A stretch of DNA of 64,000 nucleotides. Origin: Bigelowiella natans CCMP2755 (lineage: Eukaryota > Protista > Cercozoa). Below the pieces are notes generated by a model. The model was not told where the DNA came from and searched no databases. It saw only the letters and a program-made list of their open reading frames with translations. Shown here one piece after another: positions 10,377 through 24,669 of this stretch. Both the position numbers and the translations under genes were made by a program. The stretch's first letter is position 1, and each line of letters opens with the position of its first letter. The stretch lies in the NCBI GenBank assembly GCA_000320545.1, contig ADNK01000096.1:1-64000 (forward strand). Reading direction: 5' to 3'.

Positions 10377-12423
10377 AGGCCCACATGCACATATCGTTAC
10401 ATACAACATGCTCACATATTCGTATAGCTGCTAAAAATACTTTTGATCAGGAACAAAAGGTGGGCACTATTCTCCAGTTTCATCCTCCCGCGTGCGCTCT
10501 ACGTCTCCTTTTTATTCTCCTCGTTCGAGTGTTATCGTTGGGCTTGCGGCGGGGGGGGGCTTTGGTTCTCCACCTACTCTTCGTTACTTCAATGCAAAGG
10601 GAGCAGCAGAAATTATACGCTATCTTTTTGCGATCTCTGGTAGGGTAGATGAGCAAATGAAAGCATTGATTGCAGGCATAAAACAGTATTAGAGAAGAAG
10701 GAGAATAAAGAATATGAGAAGCAACACAATTGGGTTTTATCAACCAAATAAATTACTTTTTCGTGGCGCGGCTTTGGTTAGATATGTATAGTAATTATCG
10801 CCAAATATACACTAAATATATTTGTTTATCTTCGTATTGTGGTTTACATTATCCATGATTCCAGAGGCATTCCTACCCCCATAGATGTTTTTCGTCATCT
10901 CATTAGGTACAGACTACGAGGACTATCGTTACCCCGTTCAAATGGAAGGCGTTTTTGGCCAACCAGGATTCAAAGGTATGTACGATATTAACGATCTACT
11001 TTTGTTCAATGAAACAAGACAATGGCAGCAGAGAACTGCGAATTGATTACCCATAACGATGATTCTGCGTGCTCTGTTTTCTTTTAAATTTTAACAACTG
11101 GAGACAATCGGAGGATAATCCAAGTTTTGCATTGCAGCTAATCATAAATGCTGGCGACCTCATCGATCATTATTATCATAATATCAATAAAGCATTATCA
11201 TGATTATAGCAATTACTTGTCTCATTTCCATGTTTTCACTTTCTTTTCTCAGCCGTTAAGAAGGAGTTTGATGCTGACCAAGCAAGCGGGAAAATGCCAT
11301 TTGGAAAGGCAGTGCTAATAAGCATAGTGTGATGGTGTTAATCAATGACGATGAGTGATATCAATTTTGGTGGTGAAGATGGTGATGATATTATTGATGC
11401 TTACCATGGCCATCACGAGTTTGGACGGTCTCTACTTAGCAATATAGAGTAGAGCGTTTCGATATAAATGCTAATAATTACGATGATAGTCGGTCTTGAT
11501 ATTTGGGAGCCCTGAAAGTTAATATATACTAATGGAGTAATGATGATAGTAGGTACCGATATTTGAGACTGAGGGTATCACTATAGCACAATCTAAGGCA
11601 AGACTCAACTGACACTTGATGATCGTATGGATGACGATGATAATGATGCAAACCTTCATACCCCTAGCATTAAATTACTACATGTTCTTCGTCAGGCCAT
11701 CGAGAGATATGTCGCAAAGAAAGTCGGCTTATTTGGAGAAAATGTATGTGTGTGGAGGGGCCAGCTTTACGTTGGCATGTCCATGCGATATATCTACAGC
11801 TAAATTTGATAAACTCTATCAGGAGTTAGAGGGACTTCGTATAGACATGATATGCGAGCAAATACGAGATATAAGGGATATGTGGTCAGTAACGCAACGA
11901 ATGAAGCGTATTCTGTCACGTCATCAGCTGTAAATGCATTATATTGTCATATATATTGATAATCTGTTGTAAGCAGCCTTTTGTTTTCGTCGTATGAAAG
12001 AGCCATATCAACGAAGACAACAATTCACCGATTGCATATTATATCGAGTCAAATACAAGCTAGATATTAATACCAACTATAGTGCCGTCACCGTCACCTG
12101 TAGTCAATCCATCGGCGTTTCCACCCGTTTGTTATTCCTTCTGTGAAAATGTACAATTTCAATTATTTTTCTGTCGCCGTCTACTATAAGGAGTCGTGCG
12201 AAAGGCAACAAGATGCGTCCAGATATGGAAGTAGGTTTTTTTCAGTCTCTTTTATTGATGTAATCGTGCGGTCACTATGTTCTATGCATTGGATTCATGT
12301 GTCTATGTTCTATGGTTAATGTTCCTCATTATTGCTATCATTTAGAACGAGGACATCGTGAAAACTGTGAATCTCTTCTTCGATGAGCAGCTCCCGAAAC
12401 AAATGGGTGGCGAGCGTGTTTGA

Positions 12424-12457
<34 letters not shown>

Positions 12458-13295
12458 TTGCGAACTCGTGCAGATGTTAAGTTTGGGGACGGAATAAATG
12501 ATTCATCAGCTGAAATCATTAAGTTCTTCCACTTTACCACTATTTAATGTAGAAATGCTGGAGAAGCTCATAGATTCTTCCGGGTATTGTTCTTTCAATA
12601 TGTTTCATTTGTCACACAAAGACAGATGAGTGCTTATTCATTCGATTGCATTCTTGCACAATTATTGTCTTCGTATTTCATGAAGCTGATTAAAATACGA
12701 TGCATATTAGGTTCTTTGTTGGGGATAAAGTTTCTCTTGCTGATATCAGCTTGTAGGAATACTTAACTAACGTGAATTAGTAGTATCTTCGATTTTGTTG
12801 TGTTACTCTTTCTGATAGTATTTATGGATCCTTGAACTTACAGCTATCATTTTCTCAACGCGACGTTCTTCGGCCCTTTTGATCAGAAGGTCTTGACGCA
12901 CCGCTTCTAATTCATAAAATCACACAGCCGATAAATAGTATTAGCAAATCTTGCACGCGCACGTTGCCAATATATGTGTGCGTGTGTGTATTTGTTAGTG
13001 TGTTTGATGCTCTCGATCTTTGTTGTCAATGTTGCGTCAGATATCTCCTATCCTCGAAAAATATCCTAAGCTAGCAACGCTAAAATCAAAGGTTGAACAT
13101 GATGTTACACAATGTCTATTAAGTTTCACTCAAGGTTTATGCACATGCATGCATGTACGTACATGTGTGTTCACACACACACAGAGAGAGAGAGGGAATG
13201 ACTCAGTGAGTTGTGCACATGTTAATTATCCTCAGGTTGCAAACATTGCTGAGGTGAAAATATGGGAAGAAACTCGGCCAAAAACGGATTTCTGA
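9795..13295 (+). CDS. GST: Glutathione S-transferase (sigma-like), multi-exon, with bipartite plastid-type presequence
   Basis: PTLRYFNAKGAAEIIRYLFAISG, DYEDYRYP, KMPFGK/VPIFETEGITIAQSK/AIERYVAKKVGLFGEN, FFVGDKVSLADISL, LEKYPKL, IWEETRPKTDF-stop. The leader has hydrophobic LTLSCAIVAAGGLFA and then R/T-rich ...SRVAAKAAVSNFFR. Confidence 0.9.
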
Positions 13296-13399
13296 AAATG
13301 CAGCGAAGTTTGTCACAGGGTTCTGTCCTGACTTGCATGAATTATTGAAGCAGATTCTACACGCAGTTGTGATCATGTTCACTTGTTGAATGTATGTCA

Positions 13400-14900
13400 A
13401 GTGGCAGTCAAGCACGTGTTGCACATGCTTCTATTGAATCACTTCGTTTGTTCATTCGTGCAACGAAAGAGTCTGATTGCAACTCGCAATGTGTGTACAT
13501 GTGCACATGTGTGCACACATGCTAGCATGCATGGCCACAATCTGTTGCAAGCAGCCTTTTGTTTTCGCTACAAGGTGCCACAAACCTTTATTCATCGACG
13601 TACAGCGCAGTTCGATCAAACACAAATGCGAGATCTGTTCAATTGCATCTTTGCAATGGACACACATTGCGCATGTCCATATTTTTTTGTGTTCACAACA
13701 ACACACAATCAACGTGGGTCGTCGTGACAAGTGACAACACGTCTAGACGTGCAGCCGTGCTGGCATGCTAGCATGGCATGGACAGGCGTGTGACGCGCGC
13801 TGCTGCGAATGGAACTCAACCAAAGCCCAGTGAGTTCATTGTGATTAAAAAACACAGACTTCACGCAGACTGGCTAGCTGGGGAACCACTGATGTTGCGG
13901 GAAAGGAAAAAGTGACTCCATTGGATCGGACGATCGGACGCACCACTGCTAGACTGGTGAATGAGTGAACGAAGCAGTTCCACGCAAACCAAAGGCACGC
14001 TAGCACGGGCGACGACAAAGAAACTAGAAACAGTTTTGGTCGACTGCGTTGCAGTCACCAAAGTGTCGTGTGGAGTGATGTGACGCACACGCAGTGCAAA
14101 ACGCAGTGCCTGGAGCTGAAAACAACGAGCTAGCGAGGACGGCATGCCGAACTCACCACTGGTCTGTGGTGTGAAAACCAGAACAATGTGAAAAATTGCC
14201 GTGCATGGCTGCACCAATGCAGGGCAGCAGCACAACCAACGGGAGAAGCCGGAACGACGTGGCGCACCCATCGCTAGATCGCCCTGGCCAGGACTGGAGG
14301 AACTTCCTGGAGGCTCTGAAAACGAGGAGACGAGGAGACTCCAGAAACCAAGCACTGAATGCGTCACAACCAGCAGCCAAACGACGACGACGCAAAGCAT
14401 CCATCCTGAGCAGGAATTTCCTGACAGCCACGTCCACACGGAGATCAACGTTGGGGACAACCGATGCGCCGCGCAAGACTCTGGTCTTGACAGAGTCAGG
14501 GGCATCAAAAAGTGAAGAGCAAGCAGGAGGTGCAGGGCCGAGAGCTGATCTGATGCCGGAGAACAATTGAATTCTCACAGTATTCAAGTGAGCATGATGA
14601 TGGATGAGGTGGTCAACTCTTTGAACAACATCGGCATCGCAAAGAGGCAGATCGAGGATGAGGGGGGCAAATTGTGGATTTTAGCCCTGAGTTTTTCAGG
14701 CAGGAACACCCTTCATTTGGGCTGTTCTTGCCCCTCGCGACAATCCCTATGAGTTGTCGCAGAATGGTCCAATAGAAATGGCTTCCCGCCAATCTCGGGT
14801 GGCATCTGCTCTTTGATGAGTCTGTGATGATGAACGGCAAATTTCCCAAACACAATGGGACTCCTGGATCCCAGGTTTCAATCCAGAAGAATGATGAACC
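13400..14900. other. TpA-depleted island 3
   Basis: 13682-14580 has nine TpA: eight CTAG and one TTAA. Confidence 0.9.
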
Positions 14901-15176
14901 TTTTGAAGACTCACTCGCCTTTTTTTTGCATAGGAATCATCCACGTTGGGAACCCTGGTCCGAATGACGAAATAGATAGATCGATCGACGAATATGTCAG
15001 AATGTGATATGCACATGGAAAATAAATTTGGTGTTGGATTTAAGACTGATTGACATCTACCTTGGAATATCTATTTTCGTAGGTCGCATCTCGCACATCT
15101 AGTGTGATCACTAACTCATTAGAAGCTGTGCTTTCTGGTTTGTAATTTCGTGGAATAGATTCGATACGAATTGAAA

Positions 15177-18033
15177 TGTGCATTCCGTCAGATTCCGAAA
15201 GAGGCTATTCGTCTAACGAACTCGAAGAATCCATATATGATGGTTAGTAACAATCTTAACTTTAATCATAAGAATCTTAACTTTAACCATCATACCTGTG
15301 ACAGACAGCATAAATACTAACCCTATCTCATATCTTAGGATCCTTCCTTTCTGATCTCCGCATTGCGCATACTCAATTTCGTGATGATAGGTTTCTGCAC
15401 GCAGCTTCAAATTTTACGTCATATCTTCATCAGAACGAATGTAACGAAAGCATATCATTTGTTAGATTTGAGGAAGCTGATGAAGTGGTTCCAGAATCTC
15501 CAGTTAGGCCAAACGCACTGAGAAATCAAATTCTTGTCCCATCGTCTCTTCAAGTAACACCAAGTTACCTTCTGTTTTAGATATATTGTCTGAATCTCTA
15601 CTATCATACTTTTCTCAGACTACCATCCTTTCGCAGCCAAACATTAACTGTAAGTGACAATTCATTTTTCACCAAAGATAAAGTGATTCGTAGAAATGAG
15701 GAATCAGGTCTGATTATAGGTGAAGAAGACCAGTTTGAAAAGGGGAAAGAGCTGCATCAGGTTGCTTGCTGTGGGTTTTGTCTAATTTGAAGTGATACTA
15801 ATTGTGATATCAACCACAGATATGTGAAAATGAATTTAATGAATTAAGTGGGGCATCAAATACCGGTGAGAAAATTTAACCACATTAGAAAGTAAATTTC
15901 TGTAGTTCAACTCTACATATTCTCAGACGTAGAAACTGCTCCTTCGAGCATATATGAGAATGATCCAAACGGTATAAAAAATCATCAAATGACTCCTCAG
16001 ACATGTTTTCACTCCTTCGATTTCTCACGAGAGGGTTGCCTGACTTGCCCTGTATTGCATCACAGCTACATGGGATGATGATACTGGAAGAAACACAAAG
16101 GAGAATACTGAGATGAAAGATCCGTACAGTCTTACTTTACAAGATCCTTCTATGGATATAATAGAGGTAAAATTGATTCATTATTAACCCTGCCCTCCCT
16201 CCTCTGACTGAATGCATCATCTGAATACAGCAGCAGAGTGGAGGTCAGGAACCTGTGACTCAGGTGTTATACACAAGAATTGTAGAGGGTGAATTTTGTA
16301 TGCTATTGATGGGCTGAATAGGAGAACAAGTGTTGAAAGGCTACATCATGTCGATTCATGTTTCTCCGTAAATCATTAGAGCCTCTCGGGTACCCAGGGT
16401 CGTATTGAAGAAGATATTCCCAGGTATCATGATGATAAAGAAGAACAAAATATTTCCAGGGATCATGATGAAAAGGAAGAACAAGCAGCACCCAGATGGC
16501 CACACAATCTTTCACATACTGGGAGAATAAAAAGAAACATAAGTCCCAAGGTTTACGTGGACGCTGTTCGAACGCTGCAAGCGGCAATTCACATGAAACA
16601 GGCCGCCTCCACCTTTTTGGCATCAAGAGTAGCCTCCTCCCGTGTTCATCATGGGATCAACGGTGCAACTGCAAATCAAGATAGCAGGACAACAACGATA
16701 CCAAATAATGGCTCGAAATTAGTAGTTAGGGGTCCTCCCCGTAGGAATCATCCGAAAAGGTTTGTGGAGTCTATTCGTACGATTCAGCTGGCATTGCGGG
16801 CTATGTTAGCTTCTTCTCGTACAAAAAATAAAGTTAGTAATTTGATCATGAGGAAAGGAAAGCAGCCCGTCACAGCTAACCCCCATGGCAGCAGCGACAA
16901 TAGAGTTGAAATTACACAGCAGACAATTTCGAACATGATTGATGATACAAGCGAAATCAAGGTAACCTCAAATGTGTGCACAAATTTAGCGACAAGTAGC
17001 ACCCCATCTGCAAAGAGATATCCTCGTAAATTACGTTTCTTCGTTCCAGAAGATTCTCAGCATTCAGCAAAGCTCTTTTCGCAGGAATCTCTTAGCAAGT
17101 TCGCATCATCATCACCATCATCATCATCACCATTTCAGAATACCACAACCACTATACTCGATCGAGCGCGCATTCCCAGAATAGGATATATTAACGTGGG
17201 AGATTGTGTCTATCTCAACTCTCCGGGGGAGAAACCTCCTTACATCGTAAAGATCTTAGAAATCTACCAGGAATGCGACAAAAATGCCGAATTAGAGCTA
17301 AAAATCAACGCGATGTGGTTCTACAGATTCCATGAATTAAAAGATGAAATAGGAAAGCTTTCCGAATGGAACGACTTAGACTTCAGCGAAAATGAAATCT
17401 TTGAATCGGATATAATCAGTTTGGACAGTACCATGACAATTATAGGTGACCTTACTACTAAATGATACCCCTTACTGTTTAATGAAATCATTAAACCTTT
17501 GAATACCATTTAGGACACTGTCCAGTACGATACATTCCAGTGCTTTCTAAGAAAACTTCAGAAAATTTCTTCTGCAGATTTAAAGTTACACACACGCCTA
17601 TTGGAGGAATTGTGCTTAAAAGCCTCTCCAGTCCCATGGCTTCAGATCCCAGATTTCTTCACAAGTTTAAATCTTCTAGATCTAACAAGAAAAATGTGAC
17701 TAATGGTAACTCCACCAAGAGGCTTGGAGATCACAAAGAAACTACTCTAAGTATTCTTTCATTGAGTAAAAAAGTCAACCACTCCACACCAAGGAGGAGG
17801 AGGATTCGTGGAAGACGTGGGAAACACCTCCTAATCAAAGCTATTGAGAGGCAAAACAGAAGGTGAATGCTGTCATCATCGAAACCCAAATAGCTTATCC
17901 GGTCATCCTCCTGATCAACGTTACTCTTTTGTATAATTATGATGGCAGACTCAAACGAAAAGGGGATATCAAGAATAACTCAGTGAGACGCCGTCGTAAA
18001 TCACTTAGGGCGAATCCGTCCTGCCATCCTTAA
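15177..18033 (+). CDS. BAH-domain protein with upstream IQ-like motifs and a basic C-terminus; 5' exons uncertain
   Basis: INVGDCVYLNSPGEKPPYIVKILEIY...INAMWFYRFHEL...ENEIFES...IIG/HCPV...NFFCRF. IQ-like AVRTLQAAIHMK and SIRTIQLALRAM. Stop TAA at 18031. Confidence 0.75.
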
Positions 18034-18700
18034 GATAACATACGTAAACATGCCTATGCCCGTCGTCATCGTATGCATCCTTTGAACTTGCTTGTAATGG
18101 TGTAATAGCACCGCTGGATGCGGATGTGTGAAATACGACGGCCGCGCTAGTTGTGCCCTTCTACCTAGTCTTCAGCTCATAAAGCGAAACAGCGGTATAG
18201 GTACTAGGGTAGCGTGTGCATGTGTGCATGGCATAGTTACTGCATGAGCGCTTTTGCTTGTAATTTAATGTGTTTATCACTGTTGTTGTCTTGCGACACG
18301 CATTACATTGTTTAGATGTACAGCACTAGCTTGCCGTAGACTACGTACTAGACTATATATCTATAGATGTATGCATGTTTTGTTTTTTGTGCGATGCAAC
18401 ATTATAACAGCTATAGCATTCTTAGTAGGGCTTAGCTTCATAAGCGCAAAGAATCAAAACTGGCTTGGCTGGCACGCATCGCATTTCAACGCAATAAGAA
18501 ATATATTAGCCATTATTTGTGTGGTAAATGCAAATATGTTGTCACTTAAAGCACTTATGAAACAATGCTTGACACTGTTGCGTCATTAACGTACGGGTGA
18601 GTGTTGCGTGCATATGTTGTAGTTATTTACTTACAGCGTTAAAAGGCTTAACAAATATTAACATTATTCCAAATGCCACAAAACCGTTGTATTCTTCGTT

Positions 18701-21444
18701 TTATCCCCAGATGCACGCTTGATATACCAGCTGCTCAACACCTGTAATACATATAGAATTACTCTCATTTCGAGCATTACTCCACATTGAATATCTGTCT
18801 TCTCAAGACCTTATAAGTCCGATACGTTTTATTCGAACGGAACCTGATGACCAGTATGATCTGTTTTACTGCATGCTAGTGGTGGTAGCAGTTGTATAAA
18901 CCCACACATCGTACATCCTTCTCACTCACATAAACAGAGTAGGTAAGCTAAGGAGAAGGTGTAAGGTTGAATCAACCACTGCTGCGTGCTTTGTTTGGTT
19001 TTTATATTATTGGTATCATTATTTTTTTGTTTTTTGTTTTATGAGATAATACGCACATCTCCATCGTTCCTTCCACTACGTCTCCTTCTTTCAGATCGAT
19101 CGGCTGAACCCAAAAACAGAAACAAGATAAGATAAAAAACCGAGGAGAAAGAGTCGTCTTTCCTCCCATACGTGACGACTCATCTAACCCAATGTTGATA
19201 AAGACAAGTCATCCGTTTTTTGAATATCTTTAATAAGATACATAACTGACCCTTCTAGTAGCTACCTTTTGGAATGGAAAGTACTGTTGCCCCCAATGGG
19301 TGGGTCCAGCCTATAGTAAGAACATAGAAGAGGAGGAGGAGGGGGAGGAGGAGGAGAGATAGTGCCAGATACAAACCGATTGAAATATGTAATTGTTGCC
19401 AATCTTCATTATGTTGTGACCGCTGACTCATGATTCACGACTTAGAATATCTATGATAATATCGAAGGTGTCTACGATGTGTTCTACCTACATCCTTCTT
19501 ACTACTCGTTATATTATTTGCACAAGGTGTTTAGCGTTCAGGTACTGTTCTCACATTTGGCGCCGTTGAGAGAATCACATCATCATCATAATCATCAATG
19601 TCGTCGCAGTCTTCATAGTCCCCATCGTTATGATACTCATCATCATTAAAGTCATCGTTCTTGCTGCCATTATCGTAGACAACACGGGGTTCGGTCTTCT
19701 TGTCGTTGTGATCAGCATTTGGATCAAAGAGAGTTGTGAACCATCCTGCGAAGTGATAATATCACCACAAAAAAGCCAGAATATTTTAAATGAGTACATC
19801 AAGTATCGACGGTACCAAGCTCGTCATACGATAGACAGGTAACAAAATTATAGTATCAAGCAATTCCGAGGAAGCATTATTCTGGACCATCATCAATCTC
19901 ATCATCAATCTCATCATCACCTGCAAATCCTGTAGCGTTTGCATCACGAAGAATATGCAAAGTAAATGCTGTTTTCTCCACACCTCGAGCCTACAGAAAT
20001 CAATGACGAATTCTCATCTTCAGTAAGAAATAACATCGTCAATGTTACAAATACTTTAATTTCCATACTCTTCTTCTTCATCACACAAGTCATTATAGCA
20101 TGTGCTAATGTTTTACTACGTGGAAACCTCTGCCAGAGTCACTGTTTTCACATCAATTGATTTAACTAGAGCGCCTGATTTTTCAACCGATTAGAGAGAT
20201 CATCGATTTTTGGTACACCATAAACGGAAAGATGCACGCACTCAGCACAGTACAATCGGTGCGATGAAATTGCAAATGGAGGAAAGTGTGTTTGCATACT
20301 CCCTCCCCCCCCCCACCCCCTTCCCTCTCTCTTTCAACATAAATCTATCATTTCTATTTTAAATAGTTCTAGAAAAATTCTAATGCTAATGTAAGAGAAA
20401 CGATGCTCTACTTTCTAGGTTTAAGACGAGGAGTGCCGTATATCTCACACATTACACAAGAAACGCAACGACGATGCTGACATGTGACGATTGATGAGGG
20501 TGTTGATCATTATCAACCGTTATTACCATCGCTAATCATATCGTCCTCCTCAAGCTGACACCAACGACTAACCGCAGAGTAGTTTTATAATCAATGATTG
20601 CAAACACTTGTTACTACCACTTAACAAGAAATAAATAACAACTTAAGAAACTCTGCTACCTAGGTACTAGTAAGAACTCGTAACGCACAAGACAAAACCA
20701 CCACCACCACCTATGTCTGATGTAGTATTCGTTTTGTTCATCAACATAATCGCCAGTGAGAACTCCATAGTCCACACCGTATGTTTCTTTCAGCTACAAA
20801 CATAGTATTCGTAGCAGTAGTAGTAGTCATAGTAAAGGGGAAGGAGAAGTAGAAGGGATGAGAGGAGGGGGGAGATATCGTCTTTGCCTAGTAGAATGTA
20901 CTTAATAAGGATATCCTCCTTGCAACTACCATAAATGGACTTACCAAATAAGAAGAACGTGCAAATCATCACATGCTTTTAAATACCGCCATCATCCACA
21001 GTATCATTTATCTTGTGATAAATCATCACTGTCATCAAGGTCATCACCATCCCCACCGTCGTCGTCATCATCATCATCATCATTATCATCATGATTGTGC
21101 ATGATGGTCTCCCAACCACCGCCAAAATACTCCTAATACCGTGGAGGTGAATGGTTTCCATGCCCCGAGCGCGTCATTGAGCTCCTCTCGTATTCGTTGT
21201 CGTTCTCCCTCTAGGTACCAAGCACATTATAGTATGCATAAACCAGCAATATACAACACAACATCAGCACCTCATATACCTAAGAGTATTTTCAACGAAT
21301 TAACATACTTCTGAGTATGTTTTGATGAATATTTGCATTCGTGTGTGGGTGCGTGTGTGCGTGTGTGCTGTAAGAGCATTCATTGCGAAACCAAATTACG
21401 TTTACCACTTTTCTCTCTTTAGCTGTTGCATGGATAGAGTAGTA

Positions 21445-21487
<43 letters not shown>

Positions 21488-22232
21488 GCGCACATATTTA
21501 TATATATAGAGGATAGACGTAACCCTTATGATAATTTATTCTATATTGTTTTGAAGAAGCTAATTCTTCTCCTCACCGGCGCTGACGACTCCCCAATACA
21601 TCTTTGCATGTGATGGAAGAACGATACCTAACCAATCACGCAATAATATGGAAGAACCAATATAAAATCGTGTCTCTTTGTTGAGATGGCTATGCTGTCA
21701 TTTGTGGTGTTTTTGGCCTCCAATCTCCTTCTGCTTCTTCTTCTTTTTCTTCTTCTAACATCCATGCATCGTCGCTCAGTTACCATCAGGCTTTAGATAT
21801 CTATCTCTCACACGAATTAGAGAGTCAAGCATTGACTCGCGGAGAAGAAACATGCCTGTAGTAAAGTAAAAATTAGATGATGACGATGCCTCAAGGATTG
21901 CCATTACGCAACAGTAAAATAGCACTGGAATGTAGTGGCAGAGCCGTGTACACTATGAAACACGATCTAAGAATTGCAAAGCTTAATAGTGAATGCTCAT
22001 TACTTACTTACCCTGTGTGTATCATCATCATCAACGTCATCATCATCATCATCCTCACTGCAGTCATATCTTCTACCCACTTTTACAGTACCCATCCATT
22101 CCGAAACAATCACGTCTACATCCTCCCGCAGCTCAAGCTAGTTAAAAGAGATTTCATCATGCGTGCGTGGATCTTAAAACTGCAGGATTATACGTGCGTT
22201 TTGCGTGTCTTACTAATGCAATACCATCGTTC

Positions 22233-22263
<31 letters not shown>

Positions 22264-24515
22264 TGTTATCATTATTATCTACAGACAGAAGAACTGCTAT
22301 GATTATCATCATCATTATCTATAGACAGAAGAACTGTTATCGTCATCAGCAACGTGATCGAGCATTCTTGTCTACATTTGCACCGCCCTTACATAGAGCT
22401 AGTACTTACCATAGCGTACATTTATTACCTGTTCCGCTGAAGACTGGATTACAGAAACAACGCCACGTGGGTCGTTAGCTCTGCACAATACATACACAAG
22501 AGCGGAGGACATCTATCATGCTATGCAGTCTTTGTTGCGTATGTCTTTGTTGTCACACATAGGAATAAGGTTGGCATGAACAAATGATTAGTCGTCCTTC
22601 TTCTTCACTACTTGCAAAGCTTTTCGGCGTAACGCGCAATATCTGTATATTCAACTGCCCAAACTTTCTTAGCTCCAGCCTAATGATTATGAAACTTTTT
22701 GACGGTACAGCACTACTTCTCTTTCATGAGAAGCGGCAACAAAAGTAGTCATCCAACAAAAAAACAACACACAACAACAACAACAACAACAACAACAACA
22801 CAACAACAACAACAACAACAACAACCTGTGCAGCCCATAAGCTAAGAATAGCTGTGCCTGCACCGACATCTAATACCTTCAAGTGGAAGAGAAGAAAAGG
22901 TGAGTGATACAAGAGAACAGTAGTAGGGATAATGTAGCGTGCTTCTCTTTGGGTGCGGAGATATCATAATACCATGGTAATATTACTATTCGATGTCTCT
23001 TCTCCTCCACTTCCTCGTTCCACTACTACTAATACTACTACTGCATGTTTGAACAACCATCTTCTCGTTTATGGCATTTTTCTGAGACATAATCCCACGG
23101 TAGTAAGCCTGCATACGCTGCTGGTCTTGAAGCATCTGTTGGCCGATATTAGTATCTTCCTCAGTAAAGGACAAGATCATCACTACTGCTACTGCTGCTG
23201 CTGCTGCTGTATATTGATCTTGAAAAATAGCCAAACTATTCACATATCACCCACCAAGCACCCAGTGAGTTTGGTGTATCAATAGTTACCTCCTTTTGAT
23301 GATAAAGATAAGCATACGACGAAAAGTATCCATCATAATCGCGCTATTCAAACAAGGGAGAAGCACAAGAAACATAATTAACAGGATGATGCTACAGCAA
23401 AGAAGGTGTTTGATAGATTGTCGGTGAGCATACGTATTGAAGAAAAGCTCACTAAATTTAGAATATATCACCATTCCGACGTTTTGTTCAATTAATCTGA
23501 GACTTGTCATAATCACTCTATAGAGTAAAAAATCGACCCCGGAAGGAAAACCAACAGATGAAAAGAATGCGGAAATCATCTATCGTCAACTTATAGATGA
23601 AATGAATGTGGACATCAATTATCACCTATAAGTACAACTTACTACTACTACTGCTACTGCTACTACCTGTTGCGCCTCCTTTGTCTCGGAAGAATTTGGT
23701 TGGAGCGCGTACTTCATCACCGGAGAGTCGTCCATTTCTAGACACGTTCACGGAAATGGGGGAGAATTAGGTGAGGATGAAGATGGAGAAACTATCATCA
23801 AGTTTTTAAGTATGTACAAATTGGTCAGGAGGGGGAGGAGGAGGAGGAGGAGAGGAATACATATGCATGAGATGAATAATAACGTGGATTTAAATTATCA
23901 ATATACATTGAGATACGAGAGCATATTTTCTAGTAAATGACCAGCTTGGCCTTCAGATTCTTTAGATGAAGCAGAAACGGCCAGGCGCCAGCTCCCGCCC
24001 TTTTATGAGAGGTGGAAAGGACACAATAAATACTTTAAATCCACTCAAACACCTAGGAAACAAAACTTAAGGATTCAACATACGCTAAAAGTAGGAACCT
24101 TAAGCATTCTACTGTTGCCCCGTGCCCCTTTTCTCTTTACAACACGGTCAATAACGAGCTCTCCTGACGGCAATGGTAAGGAAGTGCAGGCAGCCCGTTG
24201 GCTGCTTCGAGGGATGAGAGGAGTAGGATTAGAAGCATCTCGGTTTCTGGCCATTGCAGTCATCGATGTGATAGATGAGGAAGACAGTATCATCCTAAGA
24301 TCCAAGTCCGGCTCGCCATTCTAAGCAGATAGTCAGGAAACAAACATTATGAGACTACTCTTGAAGTTTATCTAAAAACGGGTGCAGCATAAGAGTGGTG
24401 TGTAGACGCACTAATATCTCGCTACATCGATTGTTGAAATACCAAAATTCGGAGTGTTAGGATGAGGAGCCCTAGTCCAAGGCCATGCCAAGGGCATCTT
24501 CTTCTGGTCATCCCC
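18701..24515 (-). CDS. PRMT: Type I protein arginine methyltransferase (plant PRMT10-like), many long introns; 5' exons upstream of about 23740 are tentative
   Basis: MLQDQQRMQAYYRGI, VLDVGAGTAILSLWAAQ/AGAKKVWAVEYT, DVIVSEWMG, LLRESMLDSLIRVRDRYLKPDG, PTHWGQ (THW loop). Confidence 0.88.
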
Positions 24516-24669
24516 CCCTACTATTGTTATTGTTATTCCAGGAGAGCGTGTTGCTTGCTGAGATCGATGCAAAACCCAGGAAAACTGTTCAAATGTGGAA
24601 TAAATGACCTGCGTTTTTAGGAAAACAACGAGAGACCGAATGTGGTGCTAATTGCCCGGTTTTTTTACG

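Noticed and set aside
10460-10477. 18-nt GT-AG segment resembling a nucleomorph-type tiny intron
   Set aside because: Removing it does not restore the GST frame. Using the AG at 10476-10477 as acceptor of the longer upstream intron does.
13861-14752. Long ORFs (215, 144, 124 aa) as real genes
   Set aside because: They overlap on both strands inside a stop-depleted island and show no recognisable motifs. A decayed gene or TE cannot be excluded.
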